From a virus, in IMG/VR virus record IMGVR_UViG_3300033049_000020, positions 88,465 through 152,464 of that record: a stretch of DNA of 64,000 bases. One strand, 5' to 3'. Below the pieces are notes generated by a model. The model searched no databases, had not been told where the DNA came from, and worked only from the letters and a program-made list of their open reading frames with translations. The position numbers and the translations under genes are program-made. Positions 18,484-26,278 of the stretch are shown here, piece after piece. The number at the start of each line of letters is the position of its first letter. Positions within the stretch are counted from its first letter, which is position 1.

Positions 18484-18571
18484 AGTAGCGGAATGTCAAC
18501 TTGCGTTGAACGACCTGAATGCCGTTTACAAATTGATGAATAAAGAGATGATTGCCGAATTCGGCAAGTAA
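18302..18571 (+). CDS. Hypothetical coiled-coil protein
   Basis: A-rich leader; helical composition. Confidence 0.6.
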   Translation: MKYTERIQNQGEQATKVLEQLGKRSKLQAQADLLEVESQISDKETDLENLRLAEGEYSLTRVAECQLALNDLNAVYKLMNKEMIAEFGK

Positions 18572-18611
18572 TCAAAAACATTAAGGATAACAACCTTGTG
18601 GGTTACAAAAT

Positions 18612-18921
18612 ATTATCTGCTTTAAGCAAACAGTAAACACGCTGCCCATGGAACCGTTGATAACCTATATTATAGGAAGGAGGGGCAAGGATAATGAAAG
18701 GAATAATACGTCCTTTTTAATTTACAGTCTAACCAAGACGTTGTTTGTATTAGAGGTGTAGACAGAAGTAACTGTTTTGTTACGACCACTCAACCTTTGG
18801 TGGGTTGACAGATATAATATTGAGAGTGATAGACAGCTCCTGAGTGGATACAGGGCGATTAGGACTAAGGAGAGTCATTAATGACTAGCCTCCTACGGGA
18901 ACACAACTCCGTCTAGCTCTT
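18612..18921 (+). ncRNA. Two putative structured RNAs (18612-18818, 18822-18921)
   Basis: ATTATCTG/CAGATATAAT and GAGAG..TAGAC/GTCTAGCTCTT end pairing; several hairpins; no ORF. Confidence 0.4.
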
Positions 18922-18969
18922 TTATTGTTCTCATCCAATTTGCAGAGAGCACAACATATTTATATACAC

Positions 18970-19449
18970 ATGAGAGCAATAGAGACACAAGCACCAGACC
19001 CAATAGAGAATAAAGATGGATTCTTAACAGTTTTCTTAGCTGGTTCCATTGAGATGGGAATAGCTGAAGACTGGCAGAAAGAATTAATCGGACTATTATC
19101 AGATAAACCAATTGAATTCTTGAATCCAAGACGAGACGATTGGGATTCATCTTGGATTCAAGAATTCGGTGATAATGAATTTACCGAACAAGTAGAATGG
19201 GAACTATCATCATTAGATGCGGCAGACTTAATCATCTGCTATTTCGACAAAGAAACCAAATCACCGATTACCATGATGGAACTTGGCTTACATGCTAAGT
19301 CTCAGAAGCTAATTGTTTGCTGTCCAGAAGGATTCTGGCGTAAAGGAAACGTTGATGTTATTTGTAATAAATACGGTATAACACAAGTAACAGAATTAGA
19401 AAAATTAGCCAATATATTAAGATTACGAAGTCTTATAAGTACAATTTAA
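18970..19449 (+). CDS. Nucleoside 2-deoxyribosyltransferase-like protein
   Basis: VFLAGSI...WQ...NPRR...QVEWEL...SPITMMELG. Confidence 0.85.
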   Translation: MRAIETQAPDPIENKDGFLTVFLAGSIEMGIAEDWQKELIGLLSDKPIEFLNPRRDDWDSSWIQEFGDNEFTEQVEWELSSLDAADLIICYFDKETKSPITMMELGLHAKSQKLIVCCPEGFWRKGNVDVICNKYGITQVTELEKLANILRLRSLISTI

Positions 19450-19709
19450 TTTGGTAATATCGGATATTTTTTGTATCTTTGTCTTGAATCAAAACAATTA
19501 CTATGATTAAGAACTTATTACAGGCGAGAGCCAACGGTATTATCGATAGCATGGAAGCCTTGGAAGGTAGAGATGATGAGGAGGCTAACTATGAATTTGA
19601 TGCATTGTATAAGATGGGTATATCTTTGAATATGATGGCATTACACATATTTAAGGTAGAATTAGATTAATTTGTTGAAATTCTCAGAATAAATGTGTAT
19701 CTTTGTATT

Positions 19710-19880
19710 ATGAAGAAAAATAATTACAGAAGACGAATGACCGTCTTAAACCAATTAGAAGCCCAATTGGAGTCTGGAACTAAAAATTCTGATGGGAAGG
19801 AAATCTCTCTTACTGACAAGGATAAGAAGAGAATAACGAAGGAAGTTGAGGTGTTAACTACTCGACTAAAGAGTGCATAA
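19710..19880 (+). CDS. Hypothetical protein
   Basis: ATG after promoter. Confidence 0.5.
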   Translation: MKKNNYRRRMTVLNQLEAQLESGTKNSDGKEISLTDKDKKRITKEVEVLTTRLKSA

Positions 19881-19918
19881 ATAGTTTTAGATACTATTTA
19901 TCATAAAGAATAGGAACT

Positions 19919-20398
19919 ATGGAATTTGACGATAATGAATTTGATTTCAATGGCTTTCACAATATGAAAGACCTTGGAGAACCCACCAGTGTTGAGAAAT
20001 TTACCCAAGGTGGAGTAACTTACGAACTTAAAGTATGGCAAACAGCTAACGGTGTTATTAAAACCATGGACATCATAGATGTCTCCAGCAACTTTGACGA
20101 TATAGATTTTAAGGTTGTTAAGGAAGAGGTTTCGTTTAATAAGGACGATTTAAACTCAGTATTTGATAATGCAGGTGCAATACCAATGGGCTTTTTACGT
20201 TTATTAGGTGAAGCGGCACAATTGCATGACAGTCATGCAGAACGATTCAGAGGTATGAAACCACCTGAACTCACAATAGAAGAACAAATTGAGGAACTAG
20301 AAGAAGACCTTTTAGTTGTAGTAGGCCAAGAAGATTACGAAGCTGCTGGTGACATTAAAAAGGAAATTGAAACTCTTAAGTTAAAAACTAATGGTTAA
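19919..20398 (+). CDS. Protein with C-terminal UVR motif
   Basis: QEDYEAAGDIKKEI. Confidence 0.65.
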   Translation: MEFDDNEFDFNGFHNMKDLGEPTSVEKFTQGGVTYELKVWQTANGVIKTMDIIDVSSNFDDIDFKVVKEEVSFNKDDLNSVFDNAGAIPMGFLRLLGEAAQLHDSHAERFRGMKPPELTIEEQIEELEEDLLVVVGQEDYEAAGDIKKEIETLKLKTNG

Positions 20399-20404
20399 AA
20401 ACTA

Positions 20405-20698
20405 ATGGCTAAGAAACCAGTACCATGTATAAAGTGTGGCGAAACTAAAATAGTAATCGGAGATGCAAACGAAAGCGCCTTCAACTATTTTACGGGTAAA
20501 TGTACCAATTGTGGTAATGAAGTATTTGGTGATTGTGGCATATTCCCTGAGATGGATATGATGGTTGGAACGTGGAATGCGTCTAACGACCCAAAGAAGA
20601 TACTTAAGTCTTATAAGAGTACTATTAAAGATTACGAGAAGAAGATTGACGAAGTAAAACAAAAGATAGTTGAACTTGAATTCTGGCATACCAAATGA
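20405..20698 (+). CDS. Zn-ribbon protein
   Basis: CIKC ... CTNC ... WN. Confidence 0.6.
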   Translation: MAKKPVPCIKCGETKIVIGDANESAFNYFTGKCTNCGNEVFGDCGIFPEMDMMVGTWNASNDPKKILKSYKSTIKDYEKKIDEVKQKIVELEFWHTK

Positions 20699-20817
20699 TA
20701 GATATTAAAGACCTAAGAGTAGGAAATCATATTCAACTTCATGAGGTAGATGCTGGTGAAGATAGAAAGGCAACCTTTGATTGGTTGAAGTCAAATCAAT
20801 TGAAAAGGATATGATAA

Positions 20818-21033
20818 ATGGATAAATTAGAGATAGGAACAAGAATAATATTCGTAAAGCTTTTAGATAGCCCAGCCACTGGCGACCACCCAGAATTAGT
20901 TTATGCTTATAAAGGAGACGAAGGAGAGGTAACTGGATACAATAACTTTGAAGGGTATTGGGTTAAAAGAGATAAATGGCCAGCCCCTTTCGGTGCAGAG
21001 ATAGAAACCGAATTCATCGAGTTAAAATTATAA
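20818..21033 (+). CDS. Hypothetical protein
   Basis: Packed ORF. Confidence 0.55.
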   Translation: MDKLEIGTRIIFVKLLDSPATGDHPELVYAYKGDEGEVTGYNNFEGYWVKRDKWPAPFGAEIETEFIELKL

Positions 21034-21084
21034 GACTGAAAATCAGTCACTTAAGAGAAATTTTAAAAATAATTGTACGAACAC

Positions 21085-21115
21085 TTGTTTTATTCAAAAC
21101 TATTTCGTATCTTTG
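21085..21115 (+). promoter_or_regulatory. Bacteroidetes-type promoter of tRNA operon 2
   Basis: TTG ... TATCTTTG (21108-21115); context resembles the promoter at 2398. Confidence 0.8.
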
Positions 21116-21178
21116 TACTATAATTAAAATAAACAAAGAAACTTTGCACTTTTATTAAGTGCGCTATATTTAAAAGAA

Positions 21179-21268
21179 ATGAGAAACTTTACTACGACTT
21201 ATAAAGGGAAACAGTATCCGCAAGGCACAAAGCCAAGCGCACTGAGATTGTCGTATCTTGTTTTCTAA
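21179..21268 (+). CDS. Attenuator leader peptide MRNFTTTYKGKQYPQGTKPSALRLSYLVF
   Basis: 29-codon ORF; same MRNF start as leader 1; residues 5-19 are only T/Y/K/G/Q/P. Confidence 0.8.
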   Translation: MRNFTTTYKGKQYPQGTKPSALRLSYLVF

Positions 21269-21334
21269 CTTTTTAGAATAGAAAAACACATAGATATTGC
21301 GAAAGCCTCAGTGAGAAATCACCGAGGCTTTTTT
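21240..21334 (+). terminator. Attenuator: antiterminator overlapping an intrinsic terminator
   Basis: Terminator AAAGCCTCAGTGA-GAAA-TCACCGAGGCTTTTTT (21302-21334); competing CACTGAG (21240-46)/CTCAGTG (21307-13) with inner TGTTTTCTA/TAGAAAAACA. Confidence 0.8.
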
Positions 21335-21400
21335 GTTGTTTCATATTTTGACAACGTTAAAAATAAAATATGGTTCTTTGACATCGTGGTAATAAATAAA

Positions 21401-21472
21401 TTGAGAAGTAGCTTAAACTACAAAGCTCCATCCGTGAGGGGTGGGGATGGAGGTGTAAACCCTCCTTCTCAA
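21401..21472 (+). pseudogene. Degenerate tRNA-like element, isotype unclear
   Basis: Cloverleaf with TTGAGAA/TTCTCAA and GGAGG-TGTAAAC-CCTCC; collapsed anticodon loop. Confidence 0.4.
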
Positions 21473-21479
21473 CTAATAT

Positions 21480-21558
21480 CTAGGTACTTGAGCAGTTGGT
21501 TGAACTCGCTTGCTTTGGGAGCAAGAGTATTGCGCTGGTTCGAATCCAGCTACCTAGA
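21480..21558 (+). tRNA. tRNA-Pro(TGG)
   Basis: CTAGGTA/TACCTAG; CTTGC-TTTGGGA-GCAAG. Confidence 0.85.
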
Positions 21559-21569
21559 CTTTTTAATCT

Positions 21570-21663
21570 CTAGTAATGTGCGAGTGGATTAAGCAACTGG
21601 CCTTGGAAACCAGTGAGGACTTCAAGAGGTTGTCTTCCGTAGGTTCGAATCCTACTTACTAGA
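21570..21663 (+). tRNA. tRNA-Pro(TGG), long variable arm
   Basis: CTAGTAA/TTACTAG; loop CTTGGAA; GTAGG-TTCGAAT-CCTAC. Confidence 0.75.
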
Positions 21664-21784
21664 AATGACTAAGTTAACTACTTCCACGTAGTAGTCATTG
21701 GAAACAGGTAATGCTGGCTAAAAGTTAACAAAAAATTCTGGTCACTTTCTCTGACTTGAACATATTTATATAGAAATAGATATT

Positions 21785-22132
21785 ATGGGACAATCAGAGA
21801 AACAACAATTATGGAAGAAGCAACACTACCAAGAGAACAAAGAATTTTATATTAATAAGCAACAAAAGAGGAGGAAAGAAATTAAAGAATTCATTGATTC
21901 CTTTAAAACGGAATGTGATGCATGTTATGAATATGATAAAGCGTGTTTGGACTTTCATCACCTAGATGGAGCTGATAAAGATGCGGCAGTATCTCAAGCA
22001 TTGGTAAATAAATGGGGCAATAAAAGGATTATAACAGAGATAGAAAAATGTGTTGTATTATGTTCTAACTGTCATCGTAAGTTACACGCTTATAATTTAA
22101 CAGTCGAAGAACTTAAAATTAGAATAGCATAA
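21785..22132 (+). CDS. HNH endonuclease
   Basis: CDAC...LDFHH...KCVVLCSNCHRKLH; same family as 2860 and 47356. Confidence 0.85.
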   Translation: MGQSEKQQLWKKQHYQENKEFYINKQQKRRKEIKEFIDSFKTECDACYEYDKACLDFHHLDGADKDAAVSQALVNKWGNKRIITEIEKCVVLCSNCHRKLHAYNLTVEELKIRIA

Positions 22133-22184
22133 TAATATACGGCAATTAGTTGTCGTATTTGCCGCAGAAAATGCGGCAAATAAT

Positions 22185-22259
22185 CGGGGGGTTCCGCAGA
22201 TGGATATACGGACCTGCTTTGGAAGCAGGTGTTCGTGGGTTCGAATCCCACTCTCCCGA
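22185..22259 (+). tRNA. tRNA-Pro(TGG)
   Basis: CGGGGGG/TCTCCCG; CCTGC-TTTGGAA-GCAGG. Confidence 0.85.
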
Positions 22260-22326
22260 CTAAAGGATGATTACAGCAAACAAAAACAATTTGACTCTTA
22301 ATCAAAAAAAATTCATCCTGTTATAT

Positions 22327-22412
22327 TGAGCGATATGCAAACTGGCAAGCAAACAGGTTTTGAACCTGTCGTGACGAAAGTCCAATTGTAGGTTCGAACC
22401 CTACTCGCTCAA
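22327..22412 (+). tRNA. tRNA-Gln(TTG), long variable arm
   Basis: TGAGCGA/TCGCTCA; ACAGG-TTTTGAA-CCTGT. Confidence 0.8.
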
Positions 22413-22467
22413 CCGTTTACTTTTCTGTACTTTTTAAGTACATTATACAATAACAAAAAATGATACT

Positions 22468-22713
22468 ATGGAGAATATAGAGAAATTAATAACTGAATAT
22501 GAAACCAAATATGAAGAAGGTTTCACCGATGATGAAATCAAAAACATATTAGAGAATTATCCCAACATTAACATGGATAAGTTTAATGGTGCAATGATGG
22601 GAAATACGTGTGCAATGAGAGATGGGTTACTAGTAATGTATCCTTGTGATGTAAGAGCAGCATTGTATTGTGGAATGGAGAATCGAGATTTAAATATACA
22701 GGAATGGGATTAA
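22468..22713 (+). CDS. Hypothetical protein
   Basis: ORF between tRNAs. Confidence 0.6.
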   Translation: MENIEKLITEYETKYEEGFTDDEIKNILENYPNINMDKFNGAMMGNTCAMRDGLLVMYPCDVRAALYCGMENRDLNIQEWD

Positions 22714-22721
22714 ACGTATAT

Positions 22722-22792
22722 TGCCTTGTCGTCTAGCGGCAGGACCCTCCCCTTTGAAGGGAGTGACGGTGGTTCGAATCCATCCGAGGCAA
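22722..22792 (+). tRNA. tRNA-Gln(TTG)
   Basis: TGCCTTG/CGAGGCA; CTCCC-CTTTGAA-GGGAG. Confidence 0.85.
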
Positions 22793-22819
22793 CCCTTAAC
22801 TTTTTGGTCGCTTTACTCC

Positions 22820-22890
22820 AATTATAAAAATTGTACATGACCTAATTATAAAAATCGTACATGACCTAATTATAGATATTGTACGTCACT
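22820..22890. repeat. 24-bp tandem repeat, about 3 copies (AATTATAAAAATYGTACATGACCT)
   Basis: Two near-exact copies and one degenerate copy, no spacers. Confidence 0.75.
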
Positions 22891-22910
22891 TTAGAGATGA
22901 ATAAAAATAT

Positions 22911-22996
22911 CGGTTAGATGGTAAATTGGCTAAATCAGCAGACTGTAAATCTGTCGTCTTTCGACTATGTAGGTTCGATTCCTACCTGACCGACCA
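22911..22996 (+). tRNA. tRNA-Tyr(GTA)
   Basis: CGGTTAG/CTGACCG-ACCA; GCAGA-CTGTAAA-TCTGT; variable arm. Confidence 0.9.
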
Positions 22997-23039
22997 AGCT
23001 AAGTTCACACTATAATCGCAAAGAAGAGGAAGTGTAATT

Positions 23040-23111
23040 GGGAATATGCTCAGGGTAAGTCAGACGGATTGTAACCCCGAACTGCATGGAGTTCGAGTCT
23101 CCTCATTCCCA
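23040..23111 (+). tRNA. tRNA-Tyr(GTA), short-arm, atypical
   Basis: GGGAAT/ATTCCC; loop TTGTAAC; weak D arm. Confidence 0.6.
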
Positions 23112-23224
23112 CAGCTTAGTTGGTACTATACTCGGTTGACGAGGAAGTACATTGGTTGAAGTTATAATAAACCACCCTTCTTGAAAGGGAACCCATAAAG
23201 ATGGGTTATAAATAAAACTTAGAT

Positions 23225-23307
23225 GCTTGATTAGTATAACGGAGGGGAAACCCGTATTACCTTGGCTTTGTAACCCAAAAATATCAGTTCGATTCTGATA
23301 TCAAGCT
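23225..23307 (+). tRNA. tRNA-Thr(TGT) with a hairpin inserted in the D loop
   Basis: GCTTGAT/ATCAAGC (C2:G71); loop TTTGTAA. Confidence 0.7.
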
Positions 23308-23391
23308 CTACATAGTGATTATTTGTGGTTGATGTATAACAATTAATCATTATCACTATACTTTTTGATGATAATGCTTATATTTATTATT

Positions 23392-23892
23392 ATGGAAGCT
23401 AAAATATGTAAAAATTGTGGTGAGGAAATCAAAGGTAGAGGCATTAAGTTCTGCTCTCAAACCTGTAATGGTATCTACAACAATAAAGATAGGATTAAGA
23501 AGGTAGAACGAGAATGTAATAATTGTGGTGTAGTAACAACTAATAAATTTTATTGTACGCCAGAGTGTAATCAAAAACATAAAACTCAATTAAGGTTTGA
23601 CCAGATTGAGAATGGTGACATTACATTAGATTTTAGGCAGTATAAAAAATACCTAATTAATAAACATGGTGCTAAATGCATGAGATGTGGTTGGTGTGAG
23701 GTTAATCCGACATCTGGTAATGTGCCTATAGAGTTGGAACATAAAGATGGTGACTCAAGTAATAATTCATTAGGTAATCTTGAATTACTTTGTCCTAACC
23801 ACCATTCACTAACACCAACGTATAAAGCGTTGAATAAAGGTAACGGTAGACATAAAAGGATGGAACGTTACAAAGAAGGTAAAAGTTATTAA
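23392..23892 (+). CDS. HNH homing endonuclease
   Basis: ELEHKDGDSSNNSLGNLELLCPNHHS. Confidence 0.9.
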   Translation: MEAKICKNCGEEIKGRGIKFCSQTCNGIYNNKDRIKKVERECNNCGVVTTNKFYCTPECNQKHKTQLRFDQIENGDITLDFRQYKKYLINKHGAKCMRCGWCEVNPTSGNVPIELEHKDGDSSNNSLGNLELLCPNHHSLTPTYKALNKGNGRHKRMERYKEGKSY

Positions 23893-23902
23893 ATTAATAG
23901 TT

Positions 23903-24106
23903 ATGGAAGAGACAATAATCGATGGTAGAGAAGCCATCATAACAAGAGGAGAGGGGTTAGTGGTCATAGCATCCAAAGGTAAAGGTGGTGCTGTAATATC
24001 TGATGAGAATGAAGATGTTGCTAAGGAGAAGTTTTCTGAAGCGATGAATTTGGCTGAGTCAGTTTACAAACTAATCTTTTTTGAAAAACATGGGAAATTC
24101 CCATAA
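23903..24106 (+). CDS. Hypothetical protein
   Basis: ORF. Confidence 0.55.
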   Translation: MEETIIDGREAIITRGEGLVVIASKGKGGAVISDENEDVAKEKFSEAMNLAESVYKLIFFEKHGKFP

Positions 24107-24112
24107 ACATAA

Positions 24113-24186
24113 GCGAGTAACGCATAAGTGGTGGTGCGCCAGCCTTCCAAGCTGGAATAGAGTCGGTTCGATACCGTCTACTCGCT
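24113..24186 (+). tRNA. tRNA-Gly(TCC)
   Basis: GCGAGTA/TACTCGC, U73; CCAGC-CTTCCAA-GCTGG. Confidence 0.85.
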
Positions 24187-24226
24187 CACGGACATATCGG
24201 ACTGTCCAATAAAATGTCCGATAAAT

Positions 24227-24297
24227 GCAGTATAGGTGTTACGGTAGCACATCTGGCTTCCACCCAGAAGGCGAGATTTCGACTATCTCATACTGCA
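24227..24297 (+). tRNA. tRNA-Gly(TCC)
   Basis: GCAGTAT/ATACTGC; TCTGG-CTTCCAC-CCAGA. Confidence 0.8.
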
Positions 24298-24442
24298 CAA
24301 AAGTAAGTATAGTAGCAATAACACAAAGCGCTTGTGTTATGTACCTTGCAGTGGGTGACCACAAGGAGAAGTACGTTTCGAGTAATTAACGGGATGGAAT
24401 TGGGCTAATCAGGCGAATAAACTTCTCTTACTTTTAATAATT

Positions 24443-24517
24443 CCATCGGTAGCAAATGTGGATAAGCAACTGGTTTTTACCCAGAATGGAAGACGGGTTC
24501 GACTCCCTCTTGGGGCA
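24443..24517 (+). pseudogene. Chimeric tRNA-Lys(TTT) with mispaired acceptor stem
   Basis: First 25 nt identical to tRNA 24557; 3' strand TTGGGGC does not match CCATCGG. Confidence 0.6.
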
Positions 24518-24556
24518 CTGGATTAGTTAGCACTATACTCGAAAGGAAGTGCAAAA

Positions 24557-24630
24557 CCATCGGTAGCAAATGTGGATAAGCGTTCGGTTTTTACCCGAAG
24601 TAGGAGTGGGTTCGACACCCACCCGATGGA
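24557..24630 (+). tRNA. tRNA-Lys(TTT)
   Basis: CCATCGG/CCGATGG; TTCGG-TTTTTAC-CCGAA. Confidence 0.8.
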
Positions 24631-24635
24631 CAAAT

Positions 24636-24707
24636 GGCTCTATAGTATAAGCGGCAATACACTAGTCTTGTAAACTTGAGTTCTGGCATCGATTGCCAGT
24701 AGAGCCT
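24636..24707 (+). tRNA. tRNA-Thr(TGT)
   Basis: GGCTCTA/TAGAGCC; loop CTTGTAA; atypical T loop ATCGATT. Confidence 0.7.
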
Positions 24708-24713
24708 CAATAT

Positions 24714-24783
24714 GCGATTATAGTTTAATTCAGAATACCAACCATCTAGGTTGGAGATGTTGGTGGAAACCCAGCTAATCGCT
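24714..24783 (+). pseudogene. Gly-like tRNA body with non-canonical anticodon loop
   Basis: GCGATTA/TAATCGC-T; CCAACC-ATCTA-GGTTGG lacks U33. Confidence 0.45.
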
Positions 24784-24788
24784 CATAT

Positions 24789-24876
24789 GACTCCATAGTT
24801 CAATTGGTTATCCCGAAAGGGTGTAGAATAGTTGCCTTTTAAGCTTCGGATTTGGGTTCGAGTCCCAATGGAGTCA
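24789..24876 (+). tRNA. tRNA-Lys(TTT) with D-loop hairpin insert
   Basis: GACTCCA/TGGAGTC; loop CTTTTAA; insert ATCCCGAAAGGGT. Confidence 0.7.
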
Positions 24877-24989
24877 CACAAGTTTGTACGTTTGTGCTGT
24901 AAAACGTACTTATCATGATGAATTCATGTGCAACTGGGTAACAGGTTAACCACTCTCCTGTCCTAATGTTAAAGACTAAAAGTGGATAT

Positions 24990-25064
24990 GCGAATGTAGC
25001 TCAGTTGGTTTAGAGCGTCTGGTTGCCAATCAGAAGGTCGTGAGTTCGAATCTCATCTTTCGCT
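24990..25064 (+). tRNA. tRNA-Gly(GCC)
   Basis: GCGAA/TTCGC-T; TCTGG-TTGCCAA-TCAGA. Confidence 0.9.
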
Positions 25065-25103
25065 CTCTTGACTTTTTGGTACTTCCCACCTCCCCAACAA
25101 TAA

Positions 25104-25177
25104 CCATCGATAGCAAATGCGGATATGCACTTGACTCTTAATCAAGACGGGAAAGGGTTCGACTCCCTTACGGTGGA
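25104..25177 (+). tRNA. tRNA-Lys(CTT)
   Basis: CCATCG/CGGTGG; CTTGA-CTCTTAA-TCAAG. Confidence 0.8.
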
Positions 25178-25200
25178 CTAACATTAAAATCAACATTATT

Positions 25201-25875
25201 ATGGAAGATGAATCGTATTACGTCTCTGACGTAACAGGTAATAAGTACCCCAAAGATGAGTATCATAATCATGGTTGGGGTGGGATTAAGTACAATTTTA
25301 AGGATTTACCTCATGATGAATATCCTTATTCAGTAGTAGAACCAAACATCAAAAGCGATGAGGAGTTACTGGTTGAATATATGCGAGAGGTCTTTAGTAT
25401 CCTTAAGGAACGAGAAGTGCCGAGTAAGTATGATAAAGAGTATGATGCTAGACTATACAAAGCTCTGGCTAATTGGAACATTCACGTAATACCTCACGCC
25501 TTTAAGGAGCGTGGATTGAGAGAAGAGGATGTTGCGATAATATTACCGTCAGCACGATTAAGAGAGCTGGCAGAATACGTTGAATTCACAAATTTAATTG
25601 ATTTTACCACGGGAAAGAAGGTATTGGGCGAAATGCTTGATAGTAATGAAGACGCTTGGACGGTAATGGAAAGAATGGATTTATTATACAAGGCCGAAGG
25701 TTCGGCAGTAGAAGATGCTGTTGACGCAGTATTAGCTAAATATCCAGATAAAATTATTGCCTACAAAGGTGGAAAGAAAGGTTTATTTGGAATGTTTGTT
25801 GGTGAGATAATGCGAAGCATTAAGGGTGTTAATGGGAAAGAAGTAAGTGATATATTAACCGAAAAATTAAAATAA
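25201..25875 (+). CDS. GatB/YqeY C-terminal (tRNA-binding) domain protein
   Basis: VDAVLAKYPDKIIAYKGGKKGLFGMFVGEIMR resembles the GatB tail. Confidence 0.75.
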   Translation: MEDESYYVSDVTGNKYPKDEYHNHGWGGIKYNFKDLPHDEYPYSVVEPNIKSDEELLVEYMREVFSILKEREVPSKYDKEYDARLYKALANWNIHVIPHAFKERGLREEDVAIILPSARLRELAEYVEFTNLIDFTTGKKVLGEMLDSNEDAWTVMERMDLLYKAEGSAVEDAVDAVLAKYPDKIIAYKGGKKGLFGMFVGEIMRSIKGVNGKEVSDILTEKLK

Positions 25876-26171
25876 TGATGGAACGAATAGATTTTCCAAC
25901 ATCTGGAATGCACATCAACGACTATTTAACGTCAGTTGAACGTGAAGTATCTGAATACTACTCAGATTCTATTCGTAGAATTTGGGTAAGCTATGCTAGA
26001 ATCAGCAAAGGACGTGGAGAGTATAGGCTACAAGTGACTGTATTTCCAAATGGAGTTGACTCCCCATATAGGATTATCACTGGAGAGGTTGATACTCAAT
26101 TGACTCTAGAGGGAGTCTGCGAAATGATTGATGGAGCACTTAAGGCCATCAATAATGCCTCCATGGTATAA
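25875..26171 (+). CDS. Hypothetical protein
   Basis: Coupled ORF. Confidence 0.55.
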   Translation: MMERIDFPTSGMHINDYLTSVEREVSEYYSDSIRRIWVSYARISKGRGEYRLQVTVFPNGVDSPYRIITGEVDTQLTLEGVCEMIDGALKAINNASMV

Positions 26172-26228
26172 AGGTTATTACGTGCCCTTGGTAAGGGTAA
26201 AATTCCGATTCAATTTCGGGTGGAGGCT
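26157..26228 (+). tRNA. tRNA-Thr(GGT)
   Basis: GCCTCCA/TGGAGGC; TGCCC-TTGGTAA-GGGTA. Confidence 0.8.
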
Positions 26229-26278
26229 CCCTGAACTTTTTATTTGTACATGTCAAATATTATGCGTATCTTTGTCTT

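Noticed and set aside
22820-22890. 24-bp repeats as a mini CRISPR array
   Set aside because: Copies are directly adjacent with no spacers, and there are no cas genes.
24714-24783. Amber suppressor tRNA (CTA) and stop-codon recoding
   Set aside because: CTA is off-centre in a loop lacking U33, the body is Gly-like, and genes are intact in the standard code with TAG used as a stop.
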